64,000 nt of DNA from an uncultured SAR86 cluster bacterium (GTDB lineage: Bacteria; Pseudomonadota; Gammaproteobacteria; Magnimaribacterales; D2472), in the NCBI GenBank assembly GCA_902517505.1, contig CABYCL010000002.1:1941-65940 (forward strand), in the 5' to 3' direction. The first letter of the stretch is position 1. Each line of letters starts with the position of its first letter. A model generated the notes under the pieces. That model saw nothing but the letters and a program-made list of their open reading frames with translations. It was not told where the DNA came from and searched no databases. The translations under genes were made by a program, and so were the position numbers. This document shows, one piece after another, positions 10,340-23,091 of the stretch.

Positions 10340-12124
10340 ATGAATAATATATTTACTAACAATATAAAAACTATTGAGTTTGATTCCTTAATTATTGGTG
10401 GTGGTGGCTCTGGCATGAGAGCATCTCTTGAGCTAGCTAAATCTGGATTAAATACTGCTGTTGTTTCTAAGGTTTTTCCTACTAGATCACATACAGTTTC
10501 TGCCCAAGGCGGCATAACATGCGCTATTGCGAGCGCTGATCCTAACGATGATTGGAGATGGCATATGTATGATACTGTTAAAGGTGCAGATTTTATTGGT
10601 GATCAAGATGCAATAGAATATTTATGTTCTGAAGGGCCAAAAGCTGTCTTTGAACTAGAGCATATGGGATTACCCTTTTCAAGATTTGAAAATGGAAGAA
10701 TATATCAAAGGCCTTTTGGTGGGCAATCAAAAGATTTTGGTAAGGGAGGACAAGCTGCTAGAACATGTGCGGCTGCTGATAGAACTGGACATGCTCTTCT
10801 TCACACTCTTTATCAGAATAATGTTAAGGAAGGTACAAATTTTCTAAATGAATGGTTCGCAGTTGATTTAGTAAAAAATTCAAAAGACGAAGTGACTGGA
10901 GTTATAGCCTTCTCAATAGAGAGTGGCGAAGTTGCATATTTAAAAGCTCAGGCCACTGTTCTTGCTACGGGAGGCGCTGGAAGAATTTATGCATCAACAA
11001 CTAACGCACTTATTAATACTGGTGATGGGCTAGCCATGGCTTTAAGAGCTGGTTTTCCTGCACAAGACATGGAAATGTGGCAGTTTCATCCTACAGGAAT
11101 ATATGGTGCGGGCTCGCTTGTGACAGAGGGTTGCAGAGGTGAAGGCGGTTATTTAATCAATAAAGATGGCGAACGATTTATGGAAAGGTATGCTCCAAAT
11201 GTTAAAGACTTAGCAGGAAGAGATGTTGTTGCAAGATCTATGGTTCTTGAAATTCTTGAAGGAAGGGGATGTGGCGAAAATAATGATCATATTTTTTTGA
11301 AGCTTGATCATTTAGGGTCTGAAGTTTTAAACTCAAAATTGCCTGGAATTTGTGAACTCTCTAGAACATTTGCCCATGTAGATCCTGTGTATGAGCCTAT
11401 TCCTGTAGTACCAACTTGTCATTATATGATGGGAGGAACACCAACTAATGTTTCAGGCCAAGCTTTCACAAGAACGAACAATGAAGACCATTTAATAAAT
11501 GGTTTATTTTCTGCAGGTGAGGCTGCATGCGTATCAGTTCATGGAGCAAACAGACTAGGCGGAAACTCACTACTTGATCTAGTTGTGTTTGGAAGAGCAA
11601 CAGGCATGCATATTCAAAGCGAATTAAAATCTGGCGGTGGAGTTAGCTCTGCTTCAAAGAGTGACATCGATCAGTCATTAGAAAGATTAAATAAACTAAA
11701 TGAATCTACTAATGGCTTTGATACAGCTGAAGTAAAAAAAGAACTTCAAGAATGCATGCAAAATTATTTTGGTGTTTTTAGAAGAGGAGACTTTATGAAA
11801 AAAGGTTTAGATCAACTAAGCGCTTTAAAGGAAAAAGTTTATAACCTTCATCTCAAAGATAAAAGTGATGCCTTTAATACTAGCAGAGTAGAGGCAATTG
11901 AACTTCAAAATCTTTTTGAGGTTGCTGAATCTACTGCAATTTCTGCATATCAAAGAACAGAAAGCAGAGGCGCTCATGCTAGAGATGATTTTCCAGATAG
12001 AGATGATGAAAACTGGCTGTGCCATACTATTTACGATCCTCAAAATAAAATTGTTAGCAAACGAGAAGTAAATTTTAAACCAGAAAAAGTTGAAGCTTTC
12101 CCTCCAATAGTAAGGACATATTAA
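10340..12124 (+). CDS. sdhA: succinate dehydrogenase flavoprotein subunit
   Basis: [12 protein letters not shown] fold, [10 protein letters not shown] (FAD-linking His) and [11 protein letters not shown]. Confidence 0.97.
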   Translation: MNNIFTNNIKTIEFDSLIIGGGGSGMRASLELAKSGLNTAVVSKVFPTRSHTVSAQGGITCAIASADPNDDWRWHMYDTVKGADFIGDQDAIEYLCSEGPKAVFELEHMGLPFSRFENGRIYQRPFGGQSKDFGKGGQAARTCAAADRTGHALLHTLYQNNVKEGTNFLNEWFAVDLVKNSKDEVTGVIAFSIESGEVAYLKAQATVLATGGAGRIYASTTNALINTGDGLAMALRAGFPAQDMEMWQFHPTGIYGAGSLVTEGCRGEGGYLINKDGERFMERYAPNVKDLAGRDVVARSMVLEILEGRGCGENNDHIFLKLDHLGSEVLNSKLPGICELSRTFAHVDPVYEPIPVVPTCHYMMGGTPTNVSGQAFTRTNNEDHLINGLFSAGEAACVSVHGANRLGGNSLLDLVVFGRATGMHIQSELKSGGGVSSASKSDIDQSLERLNKLNESTNGFDTAEVKKELQECMQNYFGVFRRGDFMKKGLDQLSALKEKVYNLHLKDKSDAFNTSRVEAIELQNLFEVAESTAISAYQRTESRGAHARDDFPDRDDENWLCHTIYDPQNKIVSKREVNFKPEKVEAFPPIVRTY

Positions 12125-12864
12125 TGTTTGGTAATCAACTTAATATTAGCTTATATAGATACAATCCTGAAGAGGATAAATTCCCATATATGAAAAAGTA
12201 TAAAATTGATAAACCAAAAAAAGACATAATGGTTTTAGATTTACTAAATCTTCTTAAGGAAGAAGATCAATCAATTTCTTATAGAAGGTCATGCAGAGAG
12301 GGTGTATGTGGATCTGATGGGATGAATATTAATGGTAAGAATGGTTTGGCATGTATAACTCCAATATCATCTGTAATTAAAAAAAATAAAATAGAATTAA
12401 GGCCACTTCCAGGTTTGCCTGTCATAAGAGATTTGGTTGTAGACATGACTGAGTTTTATAACCAATATGAAAAAATAAAACCATTTTTACAAAATGAAAC
12501 AACTGCTCCAGAACAAGAAAGACTTCAGTCTCCTGAAGAGAGAGATAAGTTAGATGGTTTATATGAATGTATTCTGTGTGCATGTTGTTCGACAAGTTGT
12601 CCGTCCTTTTGGTGGAATCCTGATAAATTTGTTGGCCCAGCTGCCTTACTTCAAGCCTACAGATTTCTTGCAGACTCGAGAGATTTAAAAACTCAGGAAA
12701 GACTCGAATCTTTATCCGATCCGTTCAGCGTTTATAGATGTCATGGAATCATGAATTGTGTAAATGTTTGTCCAAAAGGCCTTAATCCAAACAAAGCAAT
12801 TGGTGAGATAAAATCAATGTTACATAAAAATAAAAAGGATATAATTGTCACTGACGGGGTATAA
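12124..12864 (+). CDS. sdhB: succinate dehydrogenase iron-sulfur subunit
   Basis: CREGVCGSDGMNINGKNGLAC, CILCACCSTSCP and CHGIMNCVNVCP cluster motifs. Confidence 0.97.
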   Translation: MFGNQLNISLYRYNPEEDKFPYMKKYKIDKPKKDIMVLDLLNLLKEEDQSISYRRSCREGVCGSDGMNINGKNGLACITPISSVIKKNKIELRPLPGLPVIRDLVVDMTEFYNQYEKIKPFLQNETTAPEQERLQSPEERDKLDGLYECILCACCSTSCPSFWWNPDKFVGPAALLQAYRFLADSRDLKTQERLESLSDPFSVYRCHGIMNCVNVCPKGLNPNKAIGEIKSMLHKNKKDIIVTDGV

Positions 12865-12879
12865 AATACAGGCAAAAAA

Positions 12880-15681
12880 ATGAGTTTATCTATGAAGGAG
12901 CTTTGGGGCAGCTCGCATATTTCAGCAGGACATGCAGCCTACTTAGAAAATCTTTATGAAACTTTTATAAATAATCCAGAAGATTTATCAAAAGAATGGT
13001 TAGATTTCTTTACTAATCTGCCTAAGCACTCAAATTCAAATGGGGAAATATCTCATAAAGACATTATCAATGAGTTTAAAAGTTTATCTAGAAGCAAGTC
13101 TGTTAAAAAAATATCTATAGATGAAAGACAAGGAAAAGTTATCAGACTTATCAAGTCTTATAGAAACAGAGGTCACCTTCAAGCAACTTTAGATCCTCTC
13201 GGGATGATGGAGCACAAGAGTGTTGAAGATCTTAGTATTGAATTTCATGGTTTGTCACAAGACGATCTCGATGAAGAGTTTTATACAGATACCTTTACTG
13301 ATAAAGATAAATTAACACTTAGAGAGATTGTTGATCAATTAAAAGCTAGTTATTGTGGCAAAATTGCTATTGAGTGCAATCATATTTTTGATTCAAAGGA
13401 AAGAAGATGGTTCCAAAGAAAATTTGAATCAAGATTAAAGGAATATAGTTTTAACAAAGAAGAAAAAATTAATATATATGAAAGGTTAAATTCAGCAGAA
13501 GGATTGGCAAAGTATTTATCTGCTAAATATCCTGGAATGAAGAGATTTGGAATTGATGGAGCCGAATCGCTAGTTCCATTGGTTGAAAGTGTAATTCAAA
13601 ACTGTGGATCCTTAGGCGCAAACCAAATTTGTTTTGGCATGGCGCACAGAGGTAGATTAAATTTATTAGTAAATGTTTTAGGAAAACTTCCATCTGAATT
13701 ATTTTCAGCTTTCGATGAAGAGGATAAATTAGACGGAGCAAATACTGGTGATGTTAAATATCACTTAGGTTTCTCCTCAAACTTTAATACTCCTGGTGGA
13801 GAGGTACATGTGTCTTTGTTTAATAATCCATCACATTTGGAGATAGTAGATCCTGTTGTACTTGGTTCTGTAAGAGCTAGACAAGATAGAATTAAAGATG
13901 AAGATAGATCAAAGGTTGTGCCAGTTTTACTTCATGGTGATGCTTCTTTTTCTGGTCAAGGTGTCGTAATGGAATCGCTTCAAATGTCTCAAACAAGAGG
14001 ATTTGGAGTTGGTGGAACAATCCATATTATTGTTAATAATCAAATAGGTTTTACGACAAGCAATATAGATGACTCCAGATCAACCGATTACTCATCAGAT
14101 GTTGCTAAAATAATTCAGGCTCCAGTTATACACGTCAATGGAGATGACCCTGAGATGGTTCTTAATGCATCTAAAATAGCATGCAAATATCGTAATAAAT
14201 TCAAAAAAGATATTGTAATTGATCTTTTTTGTTACAGAAGAAGGGGACACAATGAAGCTGATGATCCTTCAGCGACACAACCTTTAATGTATCAAAAAAT
14301 TTCAAAACATCCATCAGTTTTAAATCAATATGAAAGTTATTTGAAGGATGAAGAGATAATATCTGACGAAGAATCCAAAAAGATTAAAAAAAATTATAGA
14401 AATTCTTTAGAAGGTGGAAAAAGTGTTGCAAAAAATCTAGCAGATAAACCAAATGATTCTATGTGGTTTGATTGGGAGCCATATCTGGACATCAAATGGT
14501 GGCCAAAAGTTAAAACGAATTTTAATAGAGATAAATTTAAAGAGATTGGAAATTCTATCAATATAGTTCCAAAAACATTTAACTTAGGTACACAAGCCTC
14601 AAAGATTTTTGAAGACAGAACAGCAATGAGTAATGAAGATATTTTAATAAATTGGGGATATGCAGAAATCATGGCTTATGGAACGCTTCTAAGTGAAGGA
14701 TATCCAATTAGAATTTCTGGACAAGACGTAAGAAGAGGAACTTTTTCTCATAGACATGCGTGTGTTTTTGATACAAAAACAGGTATGGGGTTTATTCCCT
14801 TATCAGAAATCGCCAAAACTTATGGTACAAGATTTGATATATACGATTCATTATTATCTGAAGAAGCAGTTTTAGGTTTTGAATATGGATATTCTGCAAC
14901 ATGGCCATCTGGTTTGACAATCTGGGAGGCGCAGTTTGGAGATTTTGCTAATGGAGCACAAGTCGTTATTGATCAATTTATTGTCTCTGCACAACATAAA
15001 TGGGAGAGACTATCTGGATTAGTAATGCTCTTACCTCACGGATATGAAGGACAAGGTCCTGAACATAGTAGCGCAAGAATAGAGAGATTTTTACAATTGT
15101 GTGCATCGGAGAATATTCAGGTTTGCGTTCCAAGTTCACCCAAACAAATATTTCATTTATTAAGACGACAAGCAATAAGAAAAATGAGAACGCCATTAGT
15201 GGTTATTTCACCAAAAAGTCTTCTAAGAAACCCTGAAGCAGTTTCAGGTATTAAAGAATTAACAGATGGTCATTTTGAATGTGTAATTGATGATGAAATT
15301 AAAGATTCTAAAAAAGTTTCAAAAATAATAATGTGTTCTGGAAAGGTGTTTTATGATTTAGTTAAAAAAAGAAATGATAAAAAGCTTAATAATATTGCGA
15401 TAATAAGAATAGAACAATTATATCCTTTTCCTTATGATGACCTTGAAGAAACCTTAACAAAGTATCAAAATGTAGATGAATTCATATGGTGCCAAGAAGA
15501 ACCTTTAAATCAAGGAGCTTGGTTTAGTCATAGGCATAGGATTCAAAGAGTTTTAGATAGGCTTGGTGAGGGATATGAAGTGAATTTAGTTAGCAGGCCA
15601 GCAGCAGCTGCCCCTGCGGTAGGATTAATGAAACTTCATCTTCAGCAGCAAGAAGATTTAATTAACGAGGCAATTTTTTAA
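12880..15681 (+). CDS. sucA: 2-oxoglutarate dehydrogenase E1 component
   Basis: 933 aa with conserved blocks [14 protein letters not shown]-like and HGDA.F.GQGVV; suc operon. Confidence 0.95.
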   Translation: MSLSMKELWGSSHISAGHAAYLENLYETFINNPEDLSKEWLDFFTNLPKHSNSNGEISHKDIINEFKSLSRSKSVKKISIDERQGKVIRLIKSYRNRGHLQATLDPLGMMEHKSVEDLSIEFHGLSQDDLDEEFYTDTFTDKDKLTLREIVDQLKASYCGKIAIECNHIFDSKERRWFQRKFESRLKEYSFNKEEKINIYERLNSAEGLAKYLSAKYPGMKRFGIDGAESLVPLVESVIQNCGSLGANQICFGMAHRGRLNLLVNVLGKLPSELFSAFDEEDKLDGANTGDVKYHLGFSSNFNTPGGEVHVSLFNNPSHLEIVDPVVLGSVRARQDRIKDEDRSKVVPVLLHGDASFSGQGVVMESLQMSQTRGFGVGGTIHIIVNNQIGFTTSNIDDSRSTDYSSDVAKIIQAPVIHVNGDDPEMVLNASKIACKYRNKFKKDIVIDLFCYRRRGHNEADDPSATQPLMYQKISKHPSVLNQYESYLKDEEIISDEESKKIKKNYRNSLEGGKSVAKNLADKPNDSMWFDWEPYLDIKWWPKVKTNFNRDKFKEIGNSINIVPKTFNLGTQASKIFEDRTAMSNEDILINWGYAEIMAYGTLLSEGYPIRISGQDVRRGTFSHRHACVFDTKTGMGFIPLSEIAKTYGTRFDIYDSLLSEEAVLGFEYGYSATWPSGLTIWEAQFGDFANGAQVVIDQFIVSAQHKWERLSGLVMLLPHGYEGQGPEHSSARIERFLQLCASENIQVCVPSSPKQIFHLLRRQAIRKMRTPLVVISPKSLLRNPEAVSGIKELTDGHFECVIDDEIKDSKKVSKIIMCSGKVFYDLVKKRNDKKLNNIAIIRIEQLYPFPYDDLEETLTKYQNVDEFIWCQEEPLNQGAWFSHRHRIQRVLDRLGEGYEVNLVSRPAAAAPAVGLMKLHLQQQEDLINEAIF

Positions 15682-16895
15682 TGAGTATTAAGATAAAAGC
15701 ACCTACATTTCCAGAATCTGTCGCTGACGGGACTATTGCAAATTGGATAAAAAAAGAAGGCGAAGACATAAATCAGGATGAAGTGATAGTTGAAATCGAA
15801 ACTGATAAAGTTGTTCTTGAGGTTCTGGCTCAATCAGATGGAGTAATTTCTAAAATTCATAAAACAGAAGGTGAAACTATTGCAAGTTCAGAAATTATAG
15901 GTGAGTTTGAAGAATCTAATGAACCTTCTGAAATTAAAAATACAGATACTCAAAAAAAATCTAAACTAAAGAAAGAAGAAAAAATAACAGAAGAGCCTCA
16001 AAGCAAAAAAGCAAATATTGATAACAAAAAGATAGCACCAGCTGCTAAAAAAATGATACTAGAAGAGAATTTAGATAGTAATGATATAAATGCATCTGGA
16101 AAAGATAACAGAATTACAAAAGCTGATGTCATTAATCATTTAAGTCATGAAGAAGAAGAAAATAGCTTTACAGAAAGCTCAGTTTCTAGTGGTGGCAGGC
16201 CTGAAAAACGCGTCCCAATGTCTAGACTTAGGTCCACAATTGCGAAAAGGCTGGTATCGGTAAAACAAGAAACAGCAATGTTAACAACTTTTAATGAAGT
16301 GGATATGTTGCCTATTAAAGATTTAAGAAAAAAGTATGGAGCTGAATTTGAAAATGAACATAAAGTAAAACTAGGTTTTATGGGATTTTTTGTTATGGCT
16401 GCAGTTCAAGCTCTTAAAAAATTCCCACTTGTTAATGCATCTATCGACGGAAATGATGTTGTATATCATGGTTTCCAAGATATTGGTGTTGCAGTTTCGA
16501 CTGAGAGAGGATTGGTTGTACCAGTAATCAAGGACGCTGATACACAATCATTACCTGAAATTGAGAAATCTATTCTAGAATATTCTGAGAAAGCAAGAAA
16601 TGGAAAATTATCTATTGAAGAAATGCAGGGAGGAACTTTTACCATATCAAATGGTGGTATTTTTGGATCTTTACTTTCTACCCCTATACTAAATGCACCT
16701 CAAACTGCAATATTGGGTATGCATGCAATTCAAGACAGGCCTATTGCTATTAATGGAGATATTACTATTAGACCTATGATGTATCTTGCCATGAGTTATG
16801 ATCATAGATTACTTGACGGCAAGGAGGCTGTTACTTTTTTAGTTTCAATTAAAGAACAACTTGAATCACCTGAGAGATTATTACTAAATTTATAA
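15681..16895 (+). CDS. sucB: dihydrolipoyllysine succinyltransferase E2
   Basis: Single lipoyl domain (ETDKV), E/K-rich linker, and catalytic YDHRLLDG motif. Confidence 0.95.
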   Translation: MSIKIKAPTFPESVADGTIANWIKKEGEDINQDEVIVEIETDKVVLEVLAQSDGVISKIHKTEGETIASSEIIGEFEESNEPSEIKNTDTQKKSKLKKEEKITEEPQSKKANIDNKKIAPAAKKMILEENLDSNDINASGKDNRITKADVINHLSHEEEENSFTESSVSSGGRPEKRVPMSRLRSTIAKRLVSVKQETAMLTTFNEVDMLPIKDLRKKYGAEFENEHKVKLGFMGFFVMAAVQALKKFPLVNASIDGNDVVYHGFQDIGVAVSTERGLVVPVIKDADTQSLPEIEKSILEYSEKARNGKLSIEEMQGGTFTISNGGIFGSLLSTPILNAPQTAILGMHAIQDRPIAINGDITIRPMMYLAMSYDHRLLDGKEAVTFLVSIKEQLESPERLLLNL

Positions 16896-16908
16896 TATTT
16901 TAATAAAG

Positions 16909-18327
16909 ATGTTTGATGTAGTCGTTATAGGAAGTGGACCAGCTGGATATGTTTCAGCTATTAGAGCTTCACAATTGGGTTTAAAAACTTTGTGTGTAGA
17001 ACAATCAGTTGATGAAAAAGGCAAAGCAAACCTTGGCGGCACATGTTTAAATATTGGATGCATTCCATCTAAAGCACTTTTAGATTCATCACAGAGATAC
17101 TATGAGGCTAGTAAAAATCTTGGTGATCACGGTATCGTGGTTGGCGACTTAAAATTAGATCTTAAATCTATGATGAAACGGAAAGATGACATAGTTTCTA
17201 AGCTTACTGGAGGAATTAACGGTCTATTTGCTGCAAATAAGGTTCAATCAATTTCAGGAAAAGGGAAAGTAGTATCAAATAATATTGTCGAAGTCACAAA
17301 AACAGATGGATCAATTGAAAATATAGAGACAAAAAATATTATTTTAGCAACTGGTTCTAAACCAATAGAAATACCTTCAGCAAGTTTTAGCAGGAATATT
17401 GTTGATAGCACAGGAGCGTTATCATTTAAGAACTTACCAAAAACTGTTGGTATAGTGGGTGCTGGAATAATAGGATTAGAGTTAGGTAGTGTATGGTCAA
17501 GACTTGGATCAGAAGTAACTCTTATAGAGGCATTGGATGATTTCCTTCCTATGGCAGATCCTGATATCTCAAAGGAATCATATAGAGAATTTATAAATCA
17601 AGGCCTAGATATTAAATTAGGCTCAAAAGTTATAGATACAAAAGAACTCAAAAATTCTGTGAAAGTAACTTATGAGCAAAAAGGCAAGAAACATGAAATG
17701 GAGTTTGAAAAGTTAATTGTAGCTGTTGGAAGGATTCCAAATTCTGAAGAAATTTTATCTGAAGATATAAATATCAAAATTGATAAAGGGTTCATTGAAG
17801 TAAACGAATTTTGTCAAACTAGCATTCAGAATATTTGGGCCATAGGAGACTTAGTAAGAGGACCGATGTTGGCACATAAAGGAAGTGAAGAGGGAATTAT
17901 GGTTGCTGAAAAAATTGCAAATAATCATATGCAAGTCAACTATGATCTAGTTCCATCTGTAATATATACCCATCCTGAAATTGCCTGGGTTGGTTTAAAT
18001 GAAAATGAATTAAAAGCAAAAGGCATTAAATTTAAAATAGGTAAGTTTCCTTTTGCTGCAAGTGGAAGGGCGTTAGCAGTTGACCAGTCTGAGGGTTTTG
18101 TAAAAGTTTTAACAGATATTAAAACTGATACAATTCTTGGTGCTCATGTCTTTGGCCCAGCTGCCGCAGAAATAGTTCAACAGGCATTAATTTCAATGGA
18201 ATTTGGTTCAAGTGCTGAAGATATTGGCCTTACAATGTTTAGTCATCCAACAGTATCTGAAGCATTTCATGAAGCCGCTTTGGCTTCAAATAATCAAGCT
18301 ATTCATATTGGAAATAAAAGAAAATGA
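16909..18327 (+). CDS. lpdA: dihydrolipoyl dehydrogenase E3
   Basis: GSGPAGY, redox-active [13 protein letters not shown] and C-terminal HPTVSE. Located between sucB and sucC, as in Pseudomonas. Confidence 0.95.
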   Translation: MFDVVVIGSGPAGYVSAIRASQLGLKTLCVEQSVDEKGKANLGGTCLNIGCIPSKALLDSSQRYYEASKNLGDHGIVVGDLKLDLKSMMKRKDDIVSKLTGGINGLFAANKVQSISGKGKVVSNNIVEVTKTDGSIENIETKNIILATGSKPIEIPSASFSRNIVDSTGALSFKNLPKTVGIVGAGIIGLELGSVWSRLGSEVTLIEALDDFLPMADPDISKESYREFINQGLDIKLGSKVIDTKELKNSVKVTYEQKGKKHEMEFEKLIVAVGRIPNSEEILSEDINIKIDKGFIEVNEFCQTSIQNIWAIGDLVRGPMLAHKGSEEGIMVAEKIANNHMQVNYDLVPSVIYTHPEIAWVGLNENELKAKGIKFKIGKFPFAASGRALAVDQSEGFVKVLTDIKTDTILGAHVFGPAAAEIVQQALISMEFGSSAEDIGLTMFSHPTVSEAFHEAALASNNQAIHIGNKRK

Positions 18328-19484
18328 ATTTACATGAGTATCAGGGCAAAGCTCTCTTTGCTGAGTACAATTTACCTGTTTCAAAAGGGAAAATTATTTT
18401 TAAAGCTGAAGATGTAATAGAAGCTTGTAATGAGATAGGTGGATCAAAATGGGTTGTAAAAGCTCAAGTTCACGCTGGCGGAAGAGGAAAGGCAGGCGGA
18501 GTTGAGTTAATAGATGATCCCAATGAGGGAGTTAAGTTTGCTAAAAAATGGCTTGGCAAAAATTTAATTACATATCAAACCGATAAAGACGGACAACCAG
18601 TGAATTCAATTCTTATAGAAGAATGTACTGAAATTGTAAAAGAACTATATCTAAGTGCTGTCATTGACAGAGAATCACAAAAAATAGTTTTTATTGGTTC
18701 TTGTGAGGGTGGAGTCAATATTGAAGAAGTGGCTAAGAATGCACCAGAGAAAATTATTTATCAGGGTGTCACTTATGGAGATAAATCATTACTTGAAAAT
18801 GCTACCAATATTGCAAAAGTTTTAAAACTAGATGAAAAACAAACTAATCAATTTTTGCCGATGATAGAAAATCTCCTGAGGCTTTTTATTGAAAAAGATC
18901 TTAGTTTATTAGAAATAAACCCATTAGTAATTAATGAGAAAGGAGATTTACATTGTTTAGATGCAAAAATAAACATAGACTCAAATGCTTTATATAGACA
19001 ACCAGAACTTCAAGATATGTATGATGAGTCTCAAGAAGATCCTCAAGAAGCAGAAGCTGCAAAAAGTGATTTAAGTTATGTTTCTCTTGATGGAAATATT
19101 GGATGCATGGTTAATGGAGCTGGATTAGCTATGGGGACAATGGATACTATTAAATTTTTTGGTGGTAACCCTGCTAACTTTTTAGATGTTGGAGGTACAG
19201 CAACCCAACAAAGAGTTGCAAAAGCTTTTAAAATAATTTTAAAAGATCCTGAAGTAAAAGTAGTTTTAGTAAATATTTTTGGAGGCATTGTAAGGTGTGA
19301 TTTGATTGCAGAGGGAATAATTGCTGCAATAAAAGAGGAAGATATAAGCATACCCGTTGTTGTAAGGCTTGAAGGAAATAATGCTGAAAAAGGAGCTAAA
19401 ATTTTATCAAAAGCTAATATAAAAATTGAAAGTATTAATAATTTATCTGATGCAGCTAAAAAAGTAGTTGAGCTAGCGAAATGA
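18324..19484 (+). CDS. sucC: succinate--CoA ligase beta subunit
   Basis: [10 protein letters not shown]-terminus and ATP-grasp fold; ATGA overlap with lpdA. Confidence 0.95.
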   Translation: MNLHEYQGKALFAEYNLPVSKGKIIFKAEDVIEACNEIGGSKWVVKAQVHAGGRGKAGGVELIDDPNEGVKFAKKWLGKNLITYQTDKDGQPVNSILIEECTEIVKELYLSAVIDRESQKIVFIGSCEGGVNIEEVAKNAPEKIIYQGVTYGDKSLLENATNIAKVLKLDEKQTNQFLPMIENLLRLFIEKDLSLLEINPLVINEKGDLHCLDAKINIDSNALYRQPELQDMYDESQEDPQEAEAAKSDLSYVSLDGNIGCMVNGAGLAMGTMDTIKFFGGNPANFLDVGGTATQQRVAKAFKIILKDPEVKVVLVNIFGGIVRCDLIAEGIIAAIKEEDISIPVVVRLEGNNAEKGAKILSKANIKIESINNLSDAAKKVVELAK

Positions 19485-20353
19485 GTATTTTAGTAAATAA
19501 AGATACAAGATTAATAGTTCAAGGTTTTACTGGATCGCAGGGTACTCTTCATTCTCAACAATCAATAGAGTATGGAACTAATATAGTAGGCGGTGTAACT
19601 CCTGGTAAAGGCGGTCAAATACATTTAGAAAAACCAGTTTTTAATTCAGTTGAAGAAGCTATAAATGGAGTTGAACCAAATGCATCTATTATTTTTGTTC
19701 CAGCAAAATTCTGCAAAAGCTCGATTATTGAAGCTGCACAAGCTGGCATTAAATTAATAATTTGTATTACAGAAGGTATTCCTACCTTAGATATGCTTGA
19801 TGTAAAAAAACAAATAGACGAACTGGGAGTAAGATTGATAGGACCAAATTGTCCTGGAGTGATTACACCTGGAGAAGCTAAGCTGGGGATAATGCCTGGC
19901 AATATTCATAAACCTGGATCTATTGGAATTATATCTCGATCAGGAACTCTTACTTATGAAGCAGTAAAACAAACTACTGATTTAGGATTTGGACAAAGTA
20001 GTTGTGTTGGGATAGGTGGAGATCCTATTCCAGGTTCTTCTTTTATAGACATGCTTAAATTATTTGAGGAAGATGATCAAACTGAAGCTATTGTAATGGT
20101 TGGCGAAATTGGCGGTAATGCTGAGGAATCTGCTGCTGAATTCATTAAAAATAATATAACAAAACCAGTTATATCATACATTGCAGGTAAAACCGCACCA
20201 GCAGGCAAGCGAATGGGTCATGCTGGAGCTATTATTGCTGGTGGCAAGGGTACTGCAGAAGATAAAATAAAAAAATTAACAGAGTGCGGAGTTCACGTAG
20301 CAGATAATTTAGTTTCTATTGGTTCAAAAGTTGATGAGATTCTGAAATCTTAA
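19481..20353 (+). CDS. sucD: succinate--CoA ligase alpha subunit
   Basis: [18 protein letters not shown] and phospho-His GHAGAII motifs. Confidence 0.95.
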   Translation: MSILVNKDTRLIVQGFTGSQGTLHSQQSIEYGTNIVGGVTPGKGGQIHLEKPVFNSVEEAINGVEPNASIIFVPAKFCKSSIIEAAQAGIKLIICITEGIPTLDMLDVKKQIDELGVRLIGPNCPGVITPGEAKLGIMPGNIHKPGSIGIISRSGTLTYEAVKQTTDLGFGQSSCVGIGGDPIPGSSFIDMLKLFEEDDQTEAIVMVGEIGGNAEESAAEFIKNNITKPVISYIAGKTAPAGKRMGHAGAIIAGGKGTAEDKIKKLTECGVHVADNLVSIGSKVDEILKS

Positions 20354-21698
20354 ACTTGAGAGTTTTTTTTATGATCCACCTAAGCCTGGATATAACTAAG
20401 ATAGAAAAAATGCTTAAGCCTATAATCATTCCATACCACATTCCTTTTGCTTCGAGAGGGTCGTTAAAACCATAATTTGTTAGAAAGTATCCAATTGGCA
20501 TAGCAAAAATCCAGAAAGATATAAATAATAACACCATTGGTGCAAATGTATCTTTGTAACCTCTAAGGCTCCCTAAAGCACCCATTTGAACTCCATCAGG
20601 TAATTGAAATATTGCCGCAAATAAAGTTAAAGCGATAGCAAGTTCTTTAACTGGAATCTCTGTTGTATATAAGCTAACAATATATGAACCAAATACTAAT
20701 ATTATTATGCTGTTTACTAATGCTGTAAAAGAACATAGATATATCGCAGAATATGCAGCAAATTGAGCTTGAAATGGATTTTCTTCACCTATAAGGTTTC
20801 CAACTCTTGTTGCGGCAGCTAATCCAATTGAAAGAGGCACCATAAAAAATAAACTTGCAATATTAATTGCAACGGTATGTCCAGCTACAACTACCTCACC
20901 AAAAACACTCAAAATTATTGCAGCTCCAGAAAACATACTTAGTTCAAAAAATATTCCCATGCCAATTGGTAAACCTAGTTTGAAAACTTCTTTAGTTGTT
21001 TCAAATGAAAATGGGGTGAACTCTGAAAATGGTTTAGTATGCTTATAATTTTTAGAAAAATTAATATAAATGATCAAAACTATCATCATTAAAAAACCAA
21101 TAATTGAAGTAGCTATTCCGCAACCAACACCTCCAAGTGCAGGCATTCCAAAAAGCCCATATACAAAAATTATGTCTAATGGAATATTTAATATCATTCC
21201 AAAAAAGGCAATTACAAATATTGGCCTTGTCAGCGTCATTCCTTCGCTATAACATCTCAAGCATGTATAAATAGTAAAGCAGGCTGTTCCAATTGAAACT
21301 GCTTTAAGATAGTCACCTGATATTTTTGTGATTCCTTTGTTGGTAGGTAGTTGGTCTAATATCAAATCTAGATTTGTAAATATTAAGACAATTACAATAC
21401 ACAAGAAAAGAGCAATCCATAGTACTTCTCTTAATTTTTTACCTATTTCTATAAACTTTTTAGCGCCATATAACTGTGCAATTATTGGCGTTACAGAAAA
21501 AATGACTCCTGAAATAAAAAACCAAATAGCATTACCAAATGCGGTGCCTAATGCTAAACCCGCTAGATCATTTGCACTGGCTCTTCCAGCAACAATAACA
21601 TCTGTTGCTCCCATAAGCATATACGACATTTGAGAACCAAAAATTGGTACACCTATCTTTATAAGCTGTTTAAATTCTATAATATATTTGTTATTCAA
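20316..21698 (-). CDS. MATE family multidrug efflux transporter (NorM-like)
   Basis: 460 aa with about 12 TM segments and an N-terminal [11 protein letters not shown]...ATDVIVAGR MatE pattern. Its 3' end overlaps the sucD 3' end by 38 nt. Confidence 0.8.
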   Translation of the reverse strand: MNNKYIIEFKQLIKIGVPIFGSQMSYMLMGATDVIVAGRASANDLAGLALGTAFGNAIWFFISGVIFSVTPIIAQLYGAKKFIEIGKKLREVLWIALFLCIVIVLIFTNLDLILDQLPTNKGITKISGDYLKAVSIGTACFTIYTCLRCYSEGMTLTRPIFVIAFFGMILNIPLDIIFVYGLFGMPALGGVGCGIATSIIGFLMMIVLIIYINFSKNYKHTKPFSEFTPFSFETTKEVFKLGLPIGMGIFFELSMFSGAAIILSVFGEVVVAGHTVAINIASLFFMVPLSIGLAAATRVGNLIGEENPFQAQFAAYSAIYLCSFTALVNSIIILVFGSYIVSLYTTEIPVKELAIALTLFAAIFQLPDGVQMGALGSLRGYKDTFAPMVLLFISFWIFAMPIGYFLTNYGFNDPLEAKGMWYGMIIGLSIFSILVISRLRWIIKKTLKFKISESHQLLNQ

Positions 21699-21817
21699 TT
21701 TTAATTAGAAATATTTTTTGCTACTTTATCATAGTAAAAAAATTATTTTGGAGAATTTTTATTAGGAAAGATAATCGACCATATTGGCTTAAGAAATATG
21801 CTACTAAATTAAATAAA

Positions 21818-22480
21818 TTGTATGTTACGCATTTCTTAAAGCCTCAGTTTAAGTATCTGGGAAAGGGTGGTGCATACTTTAAACCTAGATATATAAAAGT
21901 GTTTGGCTATAACGTAAGTGTAGGTGATTACCCAACTATTATTGGAGCAAGAGATGCTGAGGTTCAATTAACTTCTTGGAACATTGGTGAGCATAAAGGG
22001 GAAATAATTATTGGAAAATATTCGTTAATTACTCCTGGTGTAAGAATCATGGCTGCAGAGAAAATTAAAATTGGTGATGCTTGCATGATTGCACATGGTG
22101 TATATATTTCTGATGCAGATTGGCATGGAATCTATGATAGAGCAGAGCCAGTTGGTCAAACAAAACCAGTTATTCTCGAAGACAATGTTTGGATCGGTGA
22201 TAGTGCAATAATATGCAAGGGTGTTACTGTCGGGAAAAATAGTATTATTGGTGCTGGAGCTATTGTTACAAAAGACGTACCACAGAACTCAATCTTTGCT
22301 GGAAACCCAGCTAAACTAGTTAAAGAACTTAATAACGATGAATTTAATACAAGAAAAGATTTTTTTAAAGACCCAAAAAAATTAGCACATGATTTTGATA
22401 TGCTAGATAAATACACCTTAAAAAATAATACTTTTTTAAATTGGCTAAAAAGTATTATTTATCCTGATAATTCACAGTAA
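21818..22480 (+). CDS. left-handed beta-helix (hexapeptide-repeat) acyl/acetyltransferase
   Basis: Hexapeptide repeats VWIGDSAIICKGVTVGKNSIIGAGAIVTKDVP...AGNPAK. The track start is TTG at 21818. The frame is open from 21683, and an in-frame ATT at 21761 has a GGAG 7 nt upstream (see findings). Confidence 0.75.
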   Translation: MYVTHFLKPQFKYLGKGGAYFKPRYIKVFGYNVSVGDYPTIIGARDAEVQLTSWNIGEHKGEIIIGKYSLITPGVRIMAAEKIKIGDACMIAHGVYISDADWHGIYDRAEPVGQTKPVILEDNVWIGDSAIICKGVTVGKNSIIGAGAIVTKDVPQNSIFAGNPAKLVKELNNDEFNTRKDFFKDPKKLAHDFDMLDKYTLKNNTFLNWLKSIIYPDNSQ

Positions 22481-22643
22481 TTAAAACTCACAATCCTACA
22501 TAGAAAGTTTTTCTAAGTTGACTAGAATGAAACAATAATATGTATTAATATTTCAAATATAAATTATGTATTTAATATTTACTTAATTTGGCACACAGAT
22601 TGCATGTATTAAATAAAGGTAACCACTAAACTGTAGGAAAATT

Positions 22644-23036
22644 TTGAATTATACTGAAATACAATCCATATCTAATGCTAAAAGTGTTATTCAAACTATT
22701 TTAAAACAAACATTAGATAACCCAAAGAATCCAGAGTCACTAAACTTCTTTCAGGCAGACACCTATAGATTTTATTTTTTAATGAGTTTTATGTGGGAGC
22801 ATTTAGAAGAAAATGAAATGTCCCAAGAATATGCTATCTCGCTAGTCCCAAAAAAGTATGCATCTAGAATCAAGCGTTTGCAAATATTAAAACAGGCAGT
22901 TGCTCTTGGATATATTGACGAAAAAGCTTCGTCTACTGATAAAAGAAGAAGAATTTATAAACCTACTGAAACGCTCATTCAAGATTTTTTAAAATATACG
23001 AATTCTTTATATAATCAAAATACATCTTCTGCTTAA
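22644..23036 (+). CDS. hypothetical small protein, possibly a winged-helix (MarR-like) DNA-binding protein
   Basis: The C-terminal half LQILKQAVALGYIDEKASSTDKRRRIYKPTE resembles a recognition helix plus wing. TTG start with GGA upstream. No firm family assignment is possible without a search. Confidence 0.4.
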   Translation: MNYTEIQSISNAKSVIQTILKQTLDNPKNPESLNFFQADTYRFYFLMSFMWEHLEENEMSQEYAISLVPKKYASRIKRLQILKQAVALGYIDEKASSTDKRRRIYKPTETLIQDFLKYTNSLYNQNTSSA

Positions 23037-23091
23037 CATCAATAGATATTCATTTCCTACCTAATTAGTATCTTTTTAATTACAATTAGGT

